Virus record (IMG/VR): IMGVR_UViG_3300020156_000034
Span: 1 to 55,703 of that record
Source: a virus
Taxonomy: Duplodnaviria; Caudoviricetes
DNA length: 55,703 bases
Reading direction: 5' to 3' (one strand)
How positions within the stretch are numbered: position 1 is the stretch's first letter; each line of letters starts with the position of its first letter. A model generated the notes under the pieces. That model had not been told where the DNA came from. It saw nothing but the letters and a program-made list of their open reading frames with translations, and ran no database searches. Made by a program: the position numbers and the translations under genes. Of this stretch, positions 54,720 through 55,703 are shown one piece after another.

Positions 54720-55091
54720 ATGACCAGATCAATCGAGCGTCGTTTCGAGCAGTTCCATGCGGAGAACCCGCATGTCATGGCGAAGCTCCGCGAGATCGCC
54801 CTGGCGGTGAAGCGGTCCGGGAAGAAGCAATTCGGGATCGCGGCGCTGTTCGAGCGTCTGCGCTGGATTTCAGAGTTCGAGACGTCGAACGACGCCTACA
54901 AGTTGAACAACTCGCTGCGGGCGCCATACGCGCGGGCGCTGATGGCGCAGGAGCCGGACCTGCGCGGGTTCTTCGAGACGCGCGAGCGGGCGCGACGGCC
55001 GCAGCAGACGCAGGTGCGGCGGCACTTCCGCCGGAAGAAGGGAGCCCCGAAGCCGCCGGCGGCGCCGACGATGGACGCGAGGCTCTTCTGA
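54720..55091 (+). CDS. Hypothetical phage protein
   Basis: FEQFHAENPHV...FERLRW...YKLNN...PYARALM. Confidence 0.7.
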   Translation: MTRSIERRFEQFHAENPHVMAKLREIALAVKRSGKKQFGIAALFERLRWISEFETSNDAYKLNNSLRAPYARALMAQEPDLRGFFETRERARRPQQTQVRRHFRRKKGAPKPPAAPTMDARLF

Positions 55092-55703
55092 TGCGCTGTC
55101 GGAAGACCGCCAGCACCCGCACCTACGTGAAGGTCGAGGCGATGCTCCCGAACCGTCTCGAGCTGCACATCGGCCGGGAGTTGCGCAGCCCGAACCGCTG
55201 GCTGGGCGGCCGCAAGGAGTACTACGAGTCGCAGGCCTGGGAGCGGATCCTCCTGGGCGGTATTCGGAGCCTCCCGCCGTCCGTGCTGTTCCGAGGTTGG
55301 CCGCCCGGGCGGCGCCGGGTGCAGGTGACGCGCCTGGTGCCGGGAAAGCGGAACCTGCTGAAGGACGACGACAACCGCGCGTACCTCGGGAAACCGCTGA
55401 TGGACGCGCTGGTGCGCCTCGGGTGGCTGCAGGACGACCGACGGAAGTACCTCGAATCGACCACGCCAATCGAGGACGTGTCAGACGACAAGCGGTACCT
55501 CACGATCCTCGTGATGGAACCAGCGGAGGAGAAGGTAGATGGCAACGAAGGGATTCACAGAAACGCTGAAGGAGGTCCGGGACGGGGACCTCGTGGTGGA
55601 GCTCACGGCTCGGATGAAGGAACTGGTGGAGGCCGTCACGGGCACCCAGAAGTCCGGAAAGCTCGTCATCACGCTGGGGCTGAAGCCGATGTCGAAGGGG
55701 GCC
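55091..55703 (+). CDS. rusA: RusA-like Holliday junction resolvase (no stop before the window end; not in the ORF track)
   Basis: Manual translation gives SPN...KDDDNRAYLGKPLMDALVRLGWLQDD (DxDN..K...D...DD). Confidence 0.7.
   Translation, partial: MRCRKTASTRTYVKVEAMLPNRLELHIGRELRSPNRWLGGRKEYYESQAWERILLGGIRSLPPSVLFRGWPPGRRRVQVTRLVPGKRNLLKDDDNRAYLGKPLMDALVRLGWLQDDRRKYLESTTPIEDVSDDKRYLTILVMEPAEEKVDGNEGIHRNAEGGPGRGPRGGAHGSDEGTGGGRHGHPEVRKARHHAGAEADVEGG
55539..55703 (+). CDS. Hypothetical phage protein, partial
   Basis: GGAGGAG RBS; MATKGFTETLKEVRDGDLVVELTARMKELVEAV..TQKSGKLVITL. Confidence 0.65.
   Translation, partial: MATKGFTETLKEVRDGDLVVELTARMKELVEAVTGTQKSGKLVITLGLKPMSKGA

Larger units (their letters stand above)
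1..55703. mobile_element. Temperate tailed phage (podovirus-like), partial genome in excised/attP configuration
   Basis: TerL, portal, capsid, GH19 endolysin, integrase and cI/cro are present. No host housekeeping genes. The att core has phage genes on both sides. No tape measure or sheath gene seen. Confidence 0.93.

Noticed and set aside
1-55703. Diversity-generating retroelement, retron or CRISPR array
   Set aside because: No reverse transcriptase (YxDD) gene, no adenine-specific TR/VR pair and no regularly spaced repeat-spacer array seen. The 15537/15985 similarity is ordinary paralogy.
1-55703. Host assignment (e.g. a GC-rich Acidobacteriota lineage)
   Set aside because: Only an impression from composition and protein style; needs an att-core or protein search

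Overview
The whole window is GC-rich temperate tailed-phage DNA with no host genes. It appears to be the excised (attP) form: a 54-bp 3' tRNA-Ala(CGC) fragment sits between the lysis genes and a tyrosine integrase, with phage genes on both sides. From left to right it holds: small early/accessory genes; packaging genes (metallopeptidase, probable TerS, TerL) with tRNA-Trp and tRNA-fMet; portal, scaffold and major capsid; a short-tail (podovirus-like) adaptor/nozzle/fibre module; three ejection-type proteins; a 4287-aa DarB-like polyvalent protein (2H phosphoesterase, zeta-like P-loop, N6-MTase, SNF2-like helicase, HExxH); a lysis cassette (lipase-like, holin-like, GH19); attP/integrase; a cI/cro switch; and SbcCD, HNH, Acb2/Tad1-like and RusA-like early genes. 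The strongest oddities are five. (1) Sec-type signal peptides on the capsid, fibre and other virion-module proteins. (2) Two genes nested in the +1 frame of the giant gene, right after its zeta-like domain. (3) A GCCGGGCGG motif 23-27 nt upstream of five late-gene starts. (4) A complete tRNA-Trp inside an uninterrupted ORF. (5) A motif shared by an ejection protein and a lysis-cassette protein. Family assignments come from motif recognition by eye; no database searches were run.
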